Assembly (NCBI GenBank): GCA_963817525.1
Contig: CAWFOU010000007.1
Coordinates: forward strand, 1,217,379-1,281,378
Reading direction: 5' to 3'
Source of the DNA: an uncultured archaeon
GTDB lineage: Archaea; Thermoproteota; Nitrososphaeria; Nitrososphaerales; Gagatemarchaeaceae
DNA length: 64,000 bases
Part shown: piece after piece, positions 1 through 9,330 of the stretch
Numbering within the stretch: position 1 is the first letter of the stretch
How the letters are laid out: each line of letters opens with the position of its first letter
Translations under genes and position numbers: made by a program
Notes under the pieces: generated by a model
The model's input: the letters and a program-made list of their open reading frames with translations, nothing else
Told to the model about the DNA's origin: nothing
Database searches by the model: none

Positions 1-476
1 AGCGAGCCGAAGACGTCCCCTCCTGAGACCACCCCTCCGTAGATGAATGGTATCGCGAGCGAGGACGCCACGATCAGGTTCCCCACGAGGCCGTATTTTT
101 TCACCCGGTAGTCGTAGAGCCAGGCGAGGAGGGCGTACAGCCCCGCGATGAAGACTGCGGCGATTGACAGCGTCGCCACGGCGGCCGCCAGCCCCACCGC
201 CAGCGTCACGCCCGCGATCGCGACGGCCTCCCCCTTCGAGACCGCCCCGCTGGGGAGAGGCCTGGTCGGCTGGTTGACCCGGTCTACCTCGATGTCGTAA
301 TAGTCGTTCGCCACCATGGAAAACGCGCAGACCGCAAAGCCCGTGACGAACGCCTCGGCCAGCACGGGAATTGACACAGCCGTGGGCTTGGAGACGAAGT
401 ATCCGATGATGACCGCGAACCCGATCATCGCGCAGTTGACCGGCCTTAGCATCGAGAACGAGGCCTTGAGGTTCAA
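1..476 (-). CDS. UbiA-family prenyltransferase, probable digeranylgeranylglyceryl-phosphate (DGGGP) synthase; runs off the window edge
   Basis: Manual minus-strand translation from TTG at 476: LNLKASFSMLRPVNCAMIGFAVIIG...SMVANDYYDIEVDRVNQPTRPLPSG. This is the UbiA NDxxDxxxD-N-RP-SG motif followed by hydrophobic helices. Confidence 0.85.
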   Translation of the reverse strand, partial: MNLKASFSMLRPVNCAMIGFAVIIGYFVSKPTAVSIPVLAEAFVTGFAVCAFSMVANDYYDIEVDRVNQPTRPLPSGAVSKGEAVAIAGVTLAVGLAAAVATLSIAAVFIAGLYALLAWLYDYRVKKYGLVGNLIVASSLAIPFIYGGVVSGGDVFGS

Positions 477-495
477 GGTCGCTGACCCGGGTCGC

Positions 496-1068
496 CTACT
501 TGCGGAATGTCGCCTTGGTCACCCTGTAGTAGATGACCTCTCCCCTTCGCTCGATGACCGCTACTATCGCCTCCTTCCCCATCCTGACGATCTGTTTCAC
601 TGAGTCCCTGAGGTCCCCCAGGCTCTTTTCGGTCCCTTCGTCCAGCGCGAATATGACGAACTTCGCGGCCTTGGCCGGAAAGTCCCCCCTCTCGTACACC
701 CTGAGGTCGGTCCCGAAGCCGAACCCGTCCTTGACCACGTAGCCCCGGCTCCTCAGGTCCCTGTAGATGATGAACTTGGTCCACGAGTCCTTCACCCTCG
801 CCTGGTCGGCCTTTGCGAATTCCTCGAAGGAGACGTCCTTGCCCTTCGAGTCCCTCAGGCTCATCTTCTTCGAGTAGAGCAGGTAGAGCGCCTCGAAGTC
901 CTTGAGCCTGATGGCCTTGCCCTGCCGCTCGCCATAGCCCGCCTCCTCGAGCTCCCCGAACCTCTCCTCCTCCTCGACGGCGACCGCCCCGCCCTTGTCC
1001 AAGGTGCCTAGGATGGGGTCGCGGGCCGGCTGCTCTCCCTTCGCCCGCTCTTGCTCCTGGGTCTCCAT
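496..1068 (-). CDS. endA: tRNA-intron (splicing) endonuclease
   Basis: FEALYL, YRDLRSRGYVVKDGFGFGTDLRVY and VIYYRV are EndA motifs. Start taken at METQEQ (1068) rather than the long ORF start. Confidence 0.9.
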   Translation of the reverse strand: METQEQERAKGEQPARDPILGTLDKGGAVAVEEEERFGELEEAGYGERQGKAIRLKDFEALYLLYSKKMSLRDSKGKDVSFEEFAKADQARVKDSWTKFIIYRDLRSRGYVVKDGFGFGTDLRVYERGDFPAKAAKFVIFALDEGTEKSLGDLRDSVKQIVRMGKEAIVAVIERRGEVIYYRVTKATFRK

Positions 1069-1112
1069 CCGCTTCCCGCGAGCCCGTCCACCGATAATAA
1101 GGGTTTCAACGG

Positions 1113-1475
1113 TCACGCGCGAGAACCCCTCAATTCCAGGACGGACCGGTAGTTCGTCAGCGCGACGAGGCACCCCAGCACAATGTAGAGCAGGTCCACG
1201 GCGAGCGGCAGGCCGCCTCCGACCTCGAGGGCGGGCTGGGTGCTCACTATGAGGCGGAGGGCGACCCCAAAGCCTCCCAGGACCGATGCGCCGGCGTAGC
1301 CCCACCACCTGCCCATCCTGCAATAGTGCACGAACGCAAGGCTCAGGGCGATGATCGGGATGATCAATCCCGCTGCGAGGGCACGCATCTCGAACGTTCC
1401 GGTGGCGACCGTGACAAGAAATGCGAGCACTATTGCGAAGACAAAGACCTCGAGGAGCGGGGTCGCAGTCCTCAT
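1113..1475 (-). CDS. small 4-TM membrane protein
   Basis: Four hydrophobic segments starting at MRTATPLLEV; co-oriented upstream of endA. Confidence 0.6.
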   Translation of the reverse strand: MRTATPLLEVFVFAIVLAFLVTVATGTFEMRALAAGLIIPIIALSLAFVHYCRMGRWWGYAGASVLGGFGVALRLIVSTQPALEVGGGLPLAVDLLYIVLGCLVALTNYRSVLELRGSRA

Positions 1476-1587
1476 GCTAAGGCTCGGCCCCCCTTCCGCG
1501 GTCAACTGAGCCCCGCGGGTCACCCCGATTAGATAAACCCGCGAGAAAGACAAGGCTTTAGAACTCGCCGGGACCTCGGGGCACCTC

Positions 1588-2631
1588 TTGAAGGAGAACT
1601 TCTTCACCCTTCGCACCGTCATGTGGGACGCTGGCCGGGTCAAGATGATAGACCAGACCCTCCTCCCGGGACGCCTCCTCTACCGGTCCTATTCCGGATG
1701 GGAGGGTGTCGCCGACGCGATAAGGCGGCTCGTAGTGAGGGGAGCCCCAGCGATTGGCGTCGCGGCGGCGATGGGGATAGCCGCAACTGCGGTCAACTCA
1801 AAGGCGAAGAGCAAGGAGCAGCTCCAGCTCGAGCTGGAGGGGGCGGCCTCGGGTCTGCGCGCCACCAGGCCCACCGCGGTGAACCTCTTTTGGGGGATAG
1901 ACAGGGTGATGGCCGTCGCCTCGCGCTCCAAGGACCTCGAGGGAGCGAAGGAGGCGGTGGTCAGCGAGGTCGTGGAGATGGCCGAGGAGGACGTGGCCGC
2001 CTGCCGCAGGCTCGGGAGGTTCGGGGCCGACTTCATCGATGACGGGGACACGGTGATCACGCAGTGCAACGCCGGTGCCCTCGCGACGGTGGGCTACGGG
2101 ACGGCCCTGGGGGTCATCAGGGCCGCGAGCGAGCAGGGCAAGTGCGTCAAGGTCATCGTCCCCGAGACAAGGCCGGCCCTTCAGGGCTCAAGGCTCACCG
2201 CATTCGAGCTATCCAAGGACGGGTTCGGGTGCACGATAATCTCGGACACCGCGGTCGGCTCGATGATGCAGTCCGGGAGGGTCGACCTGGCGATCGTCGG
2301 CGCCGACAGGATAACGAGGGACGGCTACGTCTTCAATAAGATAGGGACATACCAGGTGGCTGTCCTCTCGAAGAGGCACGGGGTCCCCTTCTATCCCGCC
2401 GCCCCGGCCTCGAGCTTCGACCTGAAGCGGACCAATGACCAGGTGACGATAGAGGAGCGCCCCTCCGACGAGGTGGTGAAGATCCGGGGGAGGCGGACAG
2501 CCCCCAAGGGCGTCCCGGTGGCGAACCCGGCCTTCGACAGGACGCCTCCTGAGCTCGTCACGGCCATTATCACCGACAGGGGAATAATCAGCAGCCCCGT
2601 CCAGGACCACATCGCCGCCGTGATTCGTTAA
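1588..2631 (+). CDS. mtnA: methylthioribose-1-phosphate isomerase (eIF2B-like)
   Basis: Motifs DQTLLP, VRGAPAIG, TRPTAVNL, CNAGALAT, ETRP, GADRI, NKIGTY and NPAFD. Confidence 0.95.
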   Translation: MKENFFTLRTVMWDAGRVKMIDQTLLPGRLLYRSYSGWEGVADAIRRLVVRGAPAIGVAAAMGIAATAVNSKAKSKEQLQLELEGAASGLRATRPTAVNLFWGIDRVMAVASRSKDLEGAKEAVVSEVVEMAEEDVAACRRLGRFGADFIDDGDTVITQCNAGALATVGYGTALGVIRAASEQGKCVKVIVPETRPALQGSRLTAFELSKDGFGCTIISDTAVGSMMQSGRVDLAIVGADRITRDGYVFNKIGTYQVAVLSKRHGVPFYPAAPASSFDLKRTNDQVTIEERPSDEVVKIRGRRTAPKGVPVANPAFDRTPPELVTAIITDRGIISSPVQDHIAAVIR

Positions 2632-2656
2632 TAACCTCGAGACCGAGCCTCCTCCT

Positions 2657-2734
2657 GGGCCCGTCGTCTAGCACGGATAGGACACGAGGCTTCGAACCTC
2701 GGTGTCGCGGGTTCAAATCCTGCCGGGCCCGCCA
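2657..2734 (+). tRNA. tRNA-Arg(UCG), CCA encoded
   Basis: Acceptor stem GGGCCCG/CGGGCCC, discriminator G plus CCA, anticodon arm CGAGG-CT-TCG-AA-CCTCG, T-loop GTTCAAATC. Confidence 0.95.
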
Positions 2735-3266
2735 CCGCTCGAGTCCAAACCCTTCGTTGCTCTTCGAACTTTCTCGGCTGGATTGAGGCATCCGACTATC
2801 ATGCTGGCTTCGGAATTTAAAGACCACCTCTCCGTTGGATTCGTATCCCGCGGTGCGCGATTAGTACTCGGGGTACTCGAGTGGTCTGGACGGGGGGGAC
2901 TCGGCCGATTATTCGTCTGAGTCTTCGGCTCCCGATGGCCAAAGACCTATTGCTAGTTACTAGGAAGCATGGTTAAGGCAGTCCTCAAAATCTACGCCCC
3001 GATAGAACTTGCATCAGCTTTCGATGGAATTGAAAGAGCCAGAAGCCTAAAAACCCTATTCCTGAAACTCATCGAATTGTTGGAAGAGCTGCTAGCGCTA
3101 AGACTCGCATTCTGGCTTGCTTGCAACTAACCTAGCAGAATCAACCCAGCTGTACTTGTCAACAAATGGCTCAATCGGCTTGGCTTCGCCCTGCAGGAAC
3201 GGAACCATTTACCAGAACGATGTGACGATGGCTTTATATATGCGGGACGCACCATATTCACGAATC

Positions 3267-3845
3267 ATGTTCGAAAAGCTTGCGAAAACTCGTCGACGTG
3301 GGTTCATTTTTGGGTTCGCGACAATTTTCCTCATGCTGGTGCTGGTCTTGGGAGCGACATCGTTGGGCTTAGGGTCGAAGCCCTTCGTTTCCTCAAAGAC
3401 ACCGGTCATCCCAGCGAATATTCTTGCTGGAACGAATAGTCTTGCTGGAAGTCCTACATTTTCGATTCCTGGTTCGGACAATTTAACCATGTCTGTGACA
3501 CCGGGAATAAATTCGACTTATAGTATTGCACTCGTTGCAGTCACTTCTTTTGGCCTCTCTGCATCATACATTGACATGCGGAATACAACATTAACAGTCC
3601 CCCAAGGGACAGGCGTATATGTCGATGGAAATAATCTCACGGCAAGTCTCTCGTCGGCCGGAATAAATCCAAGCATTCTCTCAGTATCGGCAGGCAGTCG
3701 CCCGACCCTCAATCTCACTGTGTTGATACCAAGCGGCGCAACGGCCGCCGGAGATTATTACTTCTTGCTAAACCTCTCAAGCTATTCCAATGGAAGGCTG
3801 ACCTATACGCAGCAACTACATGTGGGGTTGGACATTGCTAGCTAA
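3267..3845 (+). CDS. N-terminally anchored exported beta-sandwich protein
   Basis: Basic N-terminus plus hydrophobic helix, Ser/Thr-rich body with several N-x-S/T sequons, Ig-like AAGDYYFLLNL strand. TATA-like TTTATATA at 3233-3240. Confidence 0.7.
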   Translation: MFEKLAKTRRRGFIFGFATIFLMLVLVLGATSLGLGSKPFVSSKTPVIPANILAGTNSLAGSPTFSIPGSDNLTMSVTPGINSTYSIALVAVTSFGLSASYIDMRNTTLTVPQGTGVYVDGNNLTASLSSAGINPSILSVSAGSRPTLNLTVLIPSGATAAGDYYFLLNLSSYSNGRLTYTQQLHVGLDIAS

Positions 3846-3867
3846 GTCAGAGTTTAGAGGCGGAGTA

Positions 3868-4746
3868 GTGGTTAGCACGCTCTTGTGGATTCTGCTTCTG
3901 CTCATCGTTAGCAATGCTGCAAGCAAGGCCAGCGCATACTCAAGCTCTGATAGTGGATCGTCAATTGGCACTTGGTTTCAGTACTCAAGTGGGATGGACG
4001 AGTTTTCGGCCGACTTCTATAACACAGGTTTCAGTTCGTCTGGCAGCAACGGATTGCTCTGGGTAGTAAGTGCCACCCTCCCAGTTTCCGGCAGTAATTG
4101 GCTTGCCCAAATTGCAATACAAGAAAACCCAAGCGGAACATCGTGTCTGAACGATGAATTGTGGTCAAGTCTGAGCACGACAGACTCCTCCAAGGAATTC
4201 CTAGTTTGTAACTCCGCGAGCGGTTTGGAGAGTGGGTGGAACACTTTGGAGCTGTATATTACTTGGAACTCTGGATACAGTGCTTACTTCGTCAACTGGT
4301 ATCTTGATGGGACCTGGTACAACTCTTGGGACATAGGTTCGTCAACTAGCACATTCAACAATGCGGAGTCGCCTTCTTTCAACTATGAAAGCGAGGACAC
4401 AACTAATTCAGACTTTTCAAGCGTCCAAGCGCATGGATATTTGATGGCGAACGGGGTGGGGACCAGTTACGAAGTGCACCCCTATTTCTATGGTGGGATT
4501 TGGGGCGTCGATGAAAACGCCCTTTCCCCATGCACCACCGGGCAAAGCAGCAATTACTATATCGGCGGCCCAGATACAGAAGCAGCCACAAATGTGGGTG
4601 TGACTGGGTACGTATGGGATAACTACGGTGCGTCATATGAATTTGGTGTTGGTGGCGCGCTCGGATCCTACTCTCCTATCACTGACCCACAGTTGGCTAC
4701 TTTGTTGTCCGAAGGAATCAATGCATGTTACGAAGAAATGGGTTGA
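3868..4746 (+). CDS. secreted acidic Trp/Tyr/Ser-rich protein, possibly a divergent G1 glutamic-peptidase fold
   Basis: Signal peptide ending ASA, Cys pairs, and LAQIAIQ plus NYESEDTTNSDF motifs (similar to MMESTDSAHNDF in 28656..29414). Confidence 0.6.
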   Translation: MVSTLLWILLLLIVSNAASKASAYSSSDSGSSIGTWFQYSSGMDEFSADFYNTGFSSSGSNGLLWVVSATLPVSGSNWLAQIAIQENPSGTSCLNDELWSSLSTTDSSKEFLVCNSASGLESGWNTLELYITWNSGYSAYFVNWYLDGTWYNSWDIGSSTSTFNNAESPSFNYESEDTTNSDFSSVQAHGYLMANGVGTSYEVHPYFYGGIWGVDENALSPCTTGQSSNYYIGGPDTEAATNVGVTGYVWDNYGASYEFGVGGALGSYSPITDPQLATLLSEGINACYEEMG

Positions 4747-4809
4747 AAAACAAGCTTCGTCCGGAAACCAAGTTCCGAAATTTCAAGAGGACTTGGCCCT
4801 TAGAATGGT

Positions 4810-5148
4810 TCAACCGGCCTGAGATGCTGGTTTGTGGGATGAGATAGCCAAGCCAATCAAAGATGGGAGCAATAGGACCAAACCGATACTGCTCTCGAGG
4901 GTCCTCCCATTGCAGGAACAACCCGGGTAGCTCGACAACTGATCAACGTATCCTGAAGCACAGGTACAACCATAGATTAATCCAACAGCCACGAGCGCGC
5001 TTCCAAAAAAAAGGCCTACGGCCGACAGAGCAATAACAGCTTCGCGACTCAATTTATTACCCACCTTCTGGATTCTCGATATGGACAGCATTTGGAGCGC
5101 TTTATCCTTTTTCGGCTCAGCTAGTTCGGCTTCAGTGTCGCGGGTCAA
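4810..5148 (-). CDS. small 2-TM protein with a Cys-rich loop
   Basis: Architecture TM-GCTC...GCSC-TM. Confidence 0.5.
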   Translation of the reverse strand: MTRDTEAELAEPKKDKALQMLSISRIQKVGNKLSREAVIALSAVGLFFGSALVAVGLIYGCTCASGYVDQLSSYPGCSCNGRTLESSIGLVLLLPSLIGLAISSHKPASQAG

Positions 5149-5349
5149 TTTCGATGATCAGGCTAGGCCGGAAGGACTGGCATCCGACTCGGGGGGAGGG
5201 TTCCGCCCCGTATTAGGAGCGAGTCCCTCGTTTACCGCCGAGTGGGTCTGGAACCTTGGCGTTCCACACCTTTGTTCATGAGAATACGGAGGCGACGGGC
5301 TATTATTCCCCGCTATTCAGTTGGATGACCAGAGTCAGTATCCTCGTCT

Positions 5350-6468
5350 CTAACCGCTCGAACTGTCCCCTTGCCGACCGTGCATTTCCCTAATCATGGA
5401 GTTCGTGTCCTTAGCGATATCATAGATCTCGCCCAGAGTGGACTCGTTTCTTACCCTAGCGAACGAATTGAAGTCGAAGCCGTCGTTCGCCTGTCCGCCA
5501 GCAAGTCTGCTAGTCCAGGCGTTTGCCCACTCCAAGTAAGACCATTTCGCGAGGACCCCGAACCTCAGCTTGAGCTTCGCCTCCACGCGAATCAGAAAGG
5601 AGACCCGGCCTAGATACCCGAACGCTTTGATCAGCTCGTCCATCCAGTATTCCCTTATGCGAACCCCCTCGAATGAAGGAGACGGCCCAGACGTCATGCT
5701 GGTCACAGGGCCAATTCCTGTCAACAGGCATGCCATCTGAACGTCACAGTACTTGCCCGACAGACTCAGCCTGAACGTGTTCGGGTCTACGATATTCTCG
5801 AACTGGAAAGGCGACTGGAACTTGATTTTGATGTCCTTCGGAAGGAACGGCTCAAGCTGCTTCATTGCCATGTCAGTCGGGCCTTTTGGTTCTAGCTTGT
5901 CGAAGAACGAGACGAAGACGTTGTGGTCTAGTTCAGCCGGCAGCTTCTTTCGCTCGTCTCGTTCTAGACCTCCTTTTCCATCCCCCATGAGTTGCCCGTG
6001 CAGCCAGCTCACCAGCAGAAACTCCATCAAATCCGTGAAGACAAGTCGCTTCATGTCCTGTATGCCGGGTTTCTCAGAGATTCGCCGACTCGCCTCTTCC
6101 GGCAGTTCGCTCTTGAACCTGGAGAAGGCCTGCTCTGCCATCCCCTGCGGCTGATACCCGTCGAACGGATCCCGGATGATTGCGCGCTCTTTCATGTCAT
6201 AGACTATCACGACTTTCACCTCTCTCGTGATTGTTGAACTAGGCCGAAACACGTAGAAGTAGAACAGGCAATAGGCGAGCCCAACCGTGACTACGATCAA
6301 CAGCACGAAGGGTATCGCGAAGAAAGCACGCGTCTGGACGTAGACAACAATCAAACTTCCGAGAACGCTCACGGTAAGCGCCAGCGCAATCCCGCTGACC
6401 AGCAAGAGCAAGAGGTTCGCCAGGCGATCTTTCGCTAGCTTGCTAGGGTCGCCTGATTCTCCGGCCAA
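5350..6468 (-). CDS. hypothetical protein with two N-terminal TM helices and a large soluble domain
   Basis: Long ORF. Start set at TTG 6468 because the longer ORF overlaps the divergent gene. TTATAA at 6521. Confidence 0.65.
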   Translation of the reverse strand: MAGESGDPSKLAKDRLANLLLLLVSGIALALTVSVLGSLIVVYVQTRAFFAIPFVLLIVVTVGLAYCLFYFYVFRPSSTITREVKVVIVYDMKERAIIRDPFDGYQPQGMAEQAFSRFKSELPEEASRRISEKPGIQDMKRLVFTDLMEFLLVSWLHGQLMGDGKGGLERDERKKLPAELDHNVFVSFFDKLEPKGPTDMAMKQLEPFLPKDIKIKFQSPFQFENIVDPNTFRLSLSGKYCDVQMACLLTGIGPVTSMTSGPSPSFEGVRIREYWMDELIKAFGYLGRVSFLIRVEAKLKLRFGVLAKWSYLEWANAWTSRLAGGQANDGFDFNSFARVRNESTLGEIYDIAKDTNSMIREMHGRQGDSSSG

Positions 6469-6556
6469 ACTATCGAAGCTCTTGTGTCTTGGAATTGATA
6501 AGGAGATGGTAAATCCACGCTTATAAGAATCAGAGCAATCTAATGGCCGAGGGCCA

Positions 6557-7486
6557 GTGGCCATTCTAAGGTACCGGCAGATCATCGAGCACCAAAGCCC
6601 CAAGGTGAGGAAAATCACGGACGAGTTCACCGTTCGCAACGAAAGCAAAGACAAGCTGGGGCTGGTCTTGTTCGAGTTCCAAGGCGGGGTGTACCGGGGG
6701 AACCTCCACGTCCTTGACAACGATGACTCTGAACTAGCTTTCCAGCCGAACGACTGGGTCAAGAGGTATCTTGAGAAGGTGGGCTCGCCCTGGAGCAAGG
6801 GCCTCCTCTCCGATCTGGCGAGCGTGAACAAAGCCGTCCTGATAGTCAGCCTGCCAAAAGACAGGCCACTGGCGGCGATGGAGACCCGCGTCTTCAGGCT
6901 GGTCTACACGGACCAAGAGGAGCCCGACATTCCAGTGCTCAGCCTCTTGAGCACGCCGAAATTTGACATTAAGCTCAGGCCGCCGTTGGAGAAGGGCTAT
7001 CGAACCCAGATCGTGGTCCTGCCCCCAGACGGCTTCGAGCTGAACCTGAAAGAGGACGAGGGCGAGGTCACCGACGCAAACGGGCAAAAGACTCCGCTGA
7101 AAAAAGACGGCGACTATCACCGTACGCCGAAAAAGGCAATCATCGACCTGTCGCTTCCCACGAGAAACAAGACCGTCACCTTCAGAGGAATCTACGAGGT
7201 GCTCCCTGACGGAGAAGAGAAGTGGCTGTTCAGGATCTTCTTCTGGAGTCTCACGCTTTCGTCGGCCTTCGTTCTGTTCTCAGTCTACGGTGGCCTCACT
7301 TGGCTTGGAGTATTACCTGGTCTTTCTTCGTCCATCGTATCCAATCGCACTACGCTAGGCCAAGCACTCCTGGTGTCGACGATAGGCTTTCTTGGTTTGG
7401 TGACGAACCCACTGACGCATAGAACCAAGCTGTGGCTGACCATTCCAGTGGTGGTCTCGGTGCTCATACTGGTTGCGAACAAATAG
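6557..7486 (+). CDS. hypothetical protein: soluble beta-rich domain plus three C-terminal TM helices
   Basis: 309-aa ORF with alternating beta-strand patterns and a hydrophobic C-terminus. Confidence 0.7.
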   Translation: MAILRYRQIIEHQSPKVRKITDEFTVRNESKDKLGLVLFEFQGGVYRGNLHVLDNDDSELAFQPNDWVKRYLEKVGSPWSKGLLSDLASVNKAVLIVSLPKDRPLAAMETRVFRLVYTDQEEPDIPVLSLLSTPKFDIKLRPPLEKGYRTQIVVLPPDGFELNLKEDEGEVTDANGQKTPLKKDGDYHRTPKKAIIDLSLPTRNKTVTFRGIYEVLPDGEEKWLFRIFFWSLTLSSAFVLFSVYGGLTWLGVLPGLSSSIVSNRTTLGQALLVSTIGFLGLVTNPLTHRTKLWLTIPVVVSVLILVANK

Positions 7487-7727
7487 GTTAATATCACAGT
7501 CAAGGCGACGAAGAAGGTCATGAGCGAAACCGTGCCCGACGTTGTCGAATTCCAAGGCGAAAAGATGCTCATTGTTCGAGCTGCAGTGGTCGAGACAACG
7601 CCTTGGAAGAAAGGCCGGAAGGACTGACGAACCGCTAGCCAACACGCGTCTTAGCGAAACCAAACTACATTCTTATCAGGCCGCAATCCAACTGCAGAGC
7701 CGTGAAAGGACTAATTCTTCATCCGCG

Positions 7728-8156
7728 CTAGCCGTGGTAACGGTTGACCCAGTCATTCACAGGGTGGTCGTCAGGCCTTGGGTCGGTCCGCCTCCTCGGT
7801 ATCCCATCGGCGCGAGGCCACCACCAAGCGATGTAGATAAGGTTCGGAGTCCTGTTCGACCTGCCGCCTCCCGAACTCAATCCCCTGTTGTTGTACTTGA
7901 AGTGCCCTTGGAAGGCACTTATCAATCGGCCCTCCACTTCCATAGCATCCTCGAAGCTTTCAGTCTCGTATAGCACGGCGTAATCGTCGGAGTCGTGCGT
8001 GCGTTGCCTGGCTTCTATCTGGCTCGACCTTCCAATGTAGAACTGCCACACAAAAGTCTGGTTGCCACAGTACTCTACGCGACTGCAAAGCGCGTCGATA
8101 ACCTCGTCAGGAGTGCCGACAAGAGGGGGCAATTTCTTGGGCCGAAGCCACGACAT
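7728..8156 (-). CDS. small GIY-YIG-like nuclease
   Basis: FYIGRS..IEARQRTH...AMEVEGRLI...YNN matches the YIG, Arg, His, Glu and Asn elements of GIY-YIG. Confidence 0.65.
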   Translation of the reverse strand: MSWLRPKKLPPLVGTPDEVIDALCSRVEYCGNQTFVWQFYIGRSSQIEARQRTHDSDDYAVLYETESFEDAMEVEGRLISAFQGHFKYNNRGLSSGGGRSNRTPNLIYIAWWWPRADGIPRRRTDPRPDDHPVNDWVNRYHG

Positions 8157-8279
8157 GGTGTCTTGGTGCAGCGTCGCTTCACTTAGAGTTTGGGTCATCC
8201 CGCTAACTGGGATGCGGATGTTCTCTGGCAGGAGGCGTGGCTAACACGCTTAATTCGCAAATACTCGTAAGGCGACGGC

Positions 8280-8933
8280 GTGAGCAGGCCGTCGAAAAGG
8301 GCGCCCATCTGGGGAATCAACCCCACCATGCTGATGATAGTCGCGCCAACGGCGGCGGTACTCGGAGCCCTTGCCCTCGTTTGCGTGTACAATGGCTTCG
8401 CAATCGGAGGAGTCGTGTGGTTCCAGAAGGCGCAGGCATTCGGAGGCCTTGCGATTGCCATCATGTCGTTTCTTTTCATCGAGTTCGAACCCGGCCTCCA
8501 CGCCAGGAGGTTCGTCGCCTTCCATTTCCTCTTCATCGCGGGCACCGGATTGGTCGCCCCCTTCATCCAGAGCGGGGTCCCGTTCTCCACCATCGAGTGC
8601 TTTGAGGTCGGGTCTTTCGCGCTGCTCACGACCGGACTCTTCATCACGGCGATTCGAGAGGAGAATCATAACCTGTTGATGTACTCCGCCACGGCCACCG
8701 CGATTCTCTTCCTCGCTGGGATGCTCTCGGCATTCAGGGACGTGTCTGGAGTCGCGGCACCCTCTTCGGGGGTTGGCGGACTGAATGCTTACCTTGTCAC
8801 CGGCATGTTCCTCGTCGGCGCCATAGATCTGGCGATACTCTCAGTTGCGATACTGGGTGTGGTGGTGCGGAGGGTTCGAGGTATACCGGAACCAGAGTCC
8901 ATCTCTCAATACGGACTCAGCCCTATCGCGTAA
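8280..8933 (+). CDS. multi-pass membrane protein
   Basis: About six hydrophobic segments. Confidence 0.6.
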   Translation: MSRPSKRAPIWGINPTMLMIVAPTAAVLGALALVCVYNGFAIGGVVWFQKAQAFGGLAIAIMSFLFIEFEPGLHARRFVAFHFLFIAGTGLVAPFIQSGVPFSTIECFEVGSFALLTTGLFITAIREENHNLLMYSATATAILFLAGMLSAFRDVSGVAAPSSGVGGLNAYLVTGMFLVGAIDLAILSVAILGVVVRRVRGIPEPESISQYGLSPIA

Positions 8934-9081
8934 CACCCCTCGTCGCTATGAACAAGAAACCGAGTTCCTGCATATCGTCAGGCTCACGCCCACCTTACCC
9001 GAAAGCGAGCGATCATCGGAAAGCTTTATCTCGCACAACATCGCCAAAAGTGAAGGTCTCAAAGAGACTGAGAAGAGAAAA

Positions 9082-9330
9082 GTGCCCGAAGACAGCAGGA
9101 AGTTCGAGATCATCGTAAATGGCAAGCCAAAGCCATGGAACGAAGACACAATCAGCTACTCGCAGGTCGTTGAATTGGCATTCCCGGGCTCTCACAAGCC
9201 CACCGAGATATTCACGGTCCAATACAGCCGCGGGCCAAAGGAGAACCCTCAGGGAACTCTTGTCGAAGGGCAGACCGTGAGAGTAAAGAGCGGCATGGTC
9301 TTCGATGTCACTCGCACTGATAAGTCGTAA
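9082..9330 (+). CDS. single-domain prokaryotic ubiquitin-like protein (Multi_ubiq family)
   Basis: FEIIVNGKPKPW...ISYSQVVELAF...FTVQYSRGP...GTLVEGQTVRVKSGMVFDVTRTDKS. GTG start at 9082; overlaps the next gene. Confidence 0.85.
   Translation: MPEDSRKFEIIVNGKPKPWNEDTISYSQVVELAFPGSHKPTEIFTVQYSRGPKENPQGTLVEGQTVRVKSGMVFDVTRTDKS

Noticed and set aside
1069-1323. N-terminal extension of EndA in the 275-aa ORF
   Set aside because: Overlaps the upstream membrane gene in another frame and is low-complexity Arg/Pro/Gly.
8845-9081. Longer multi-domain version of the Ubl
   Set aside because: Overlaps the upstream gene and a TATA-like element, and has no second beta-grasp pattern.
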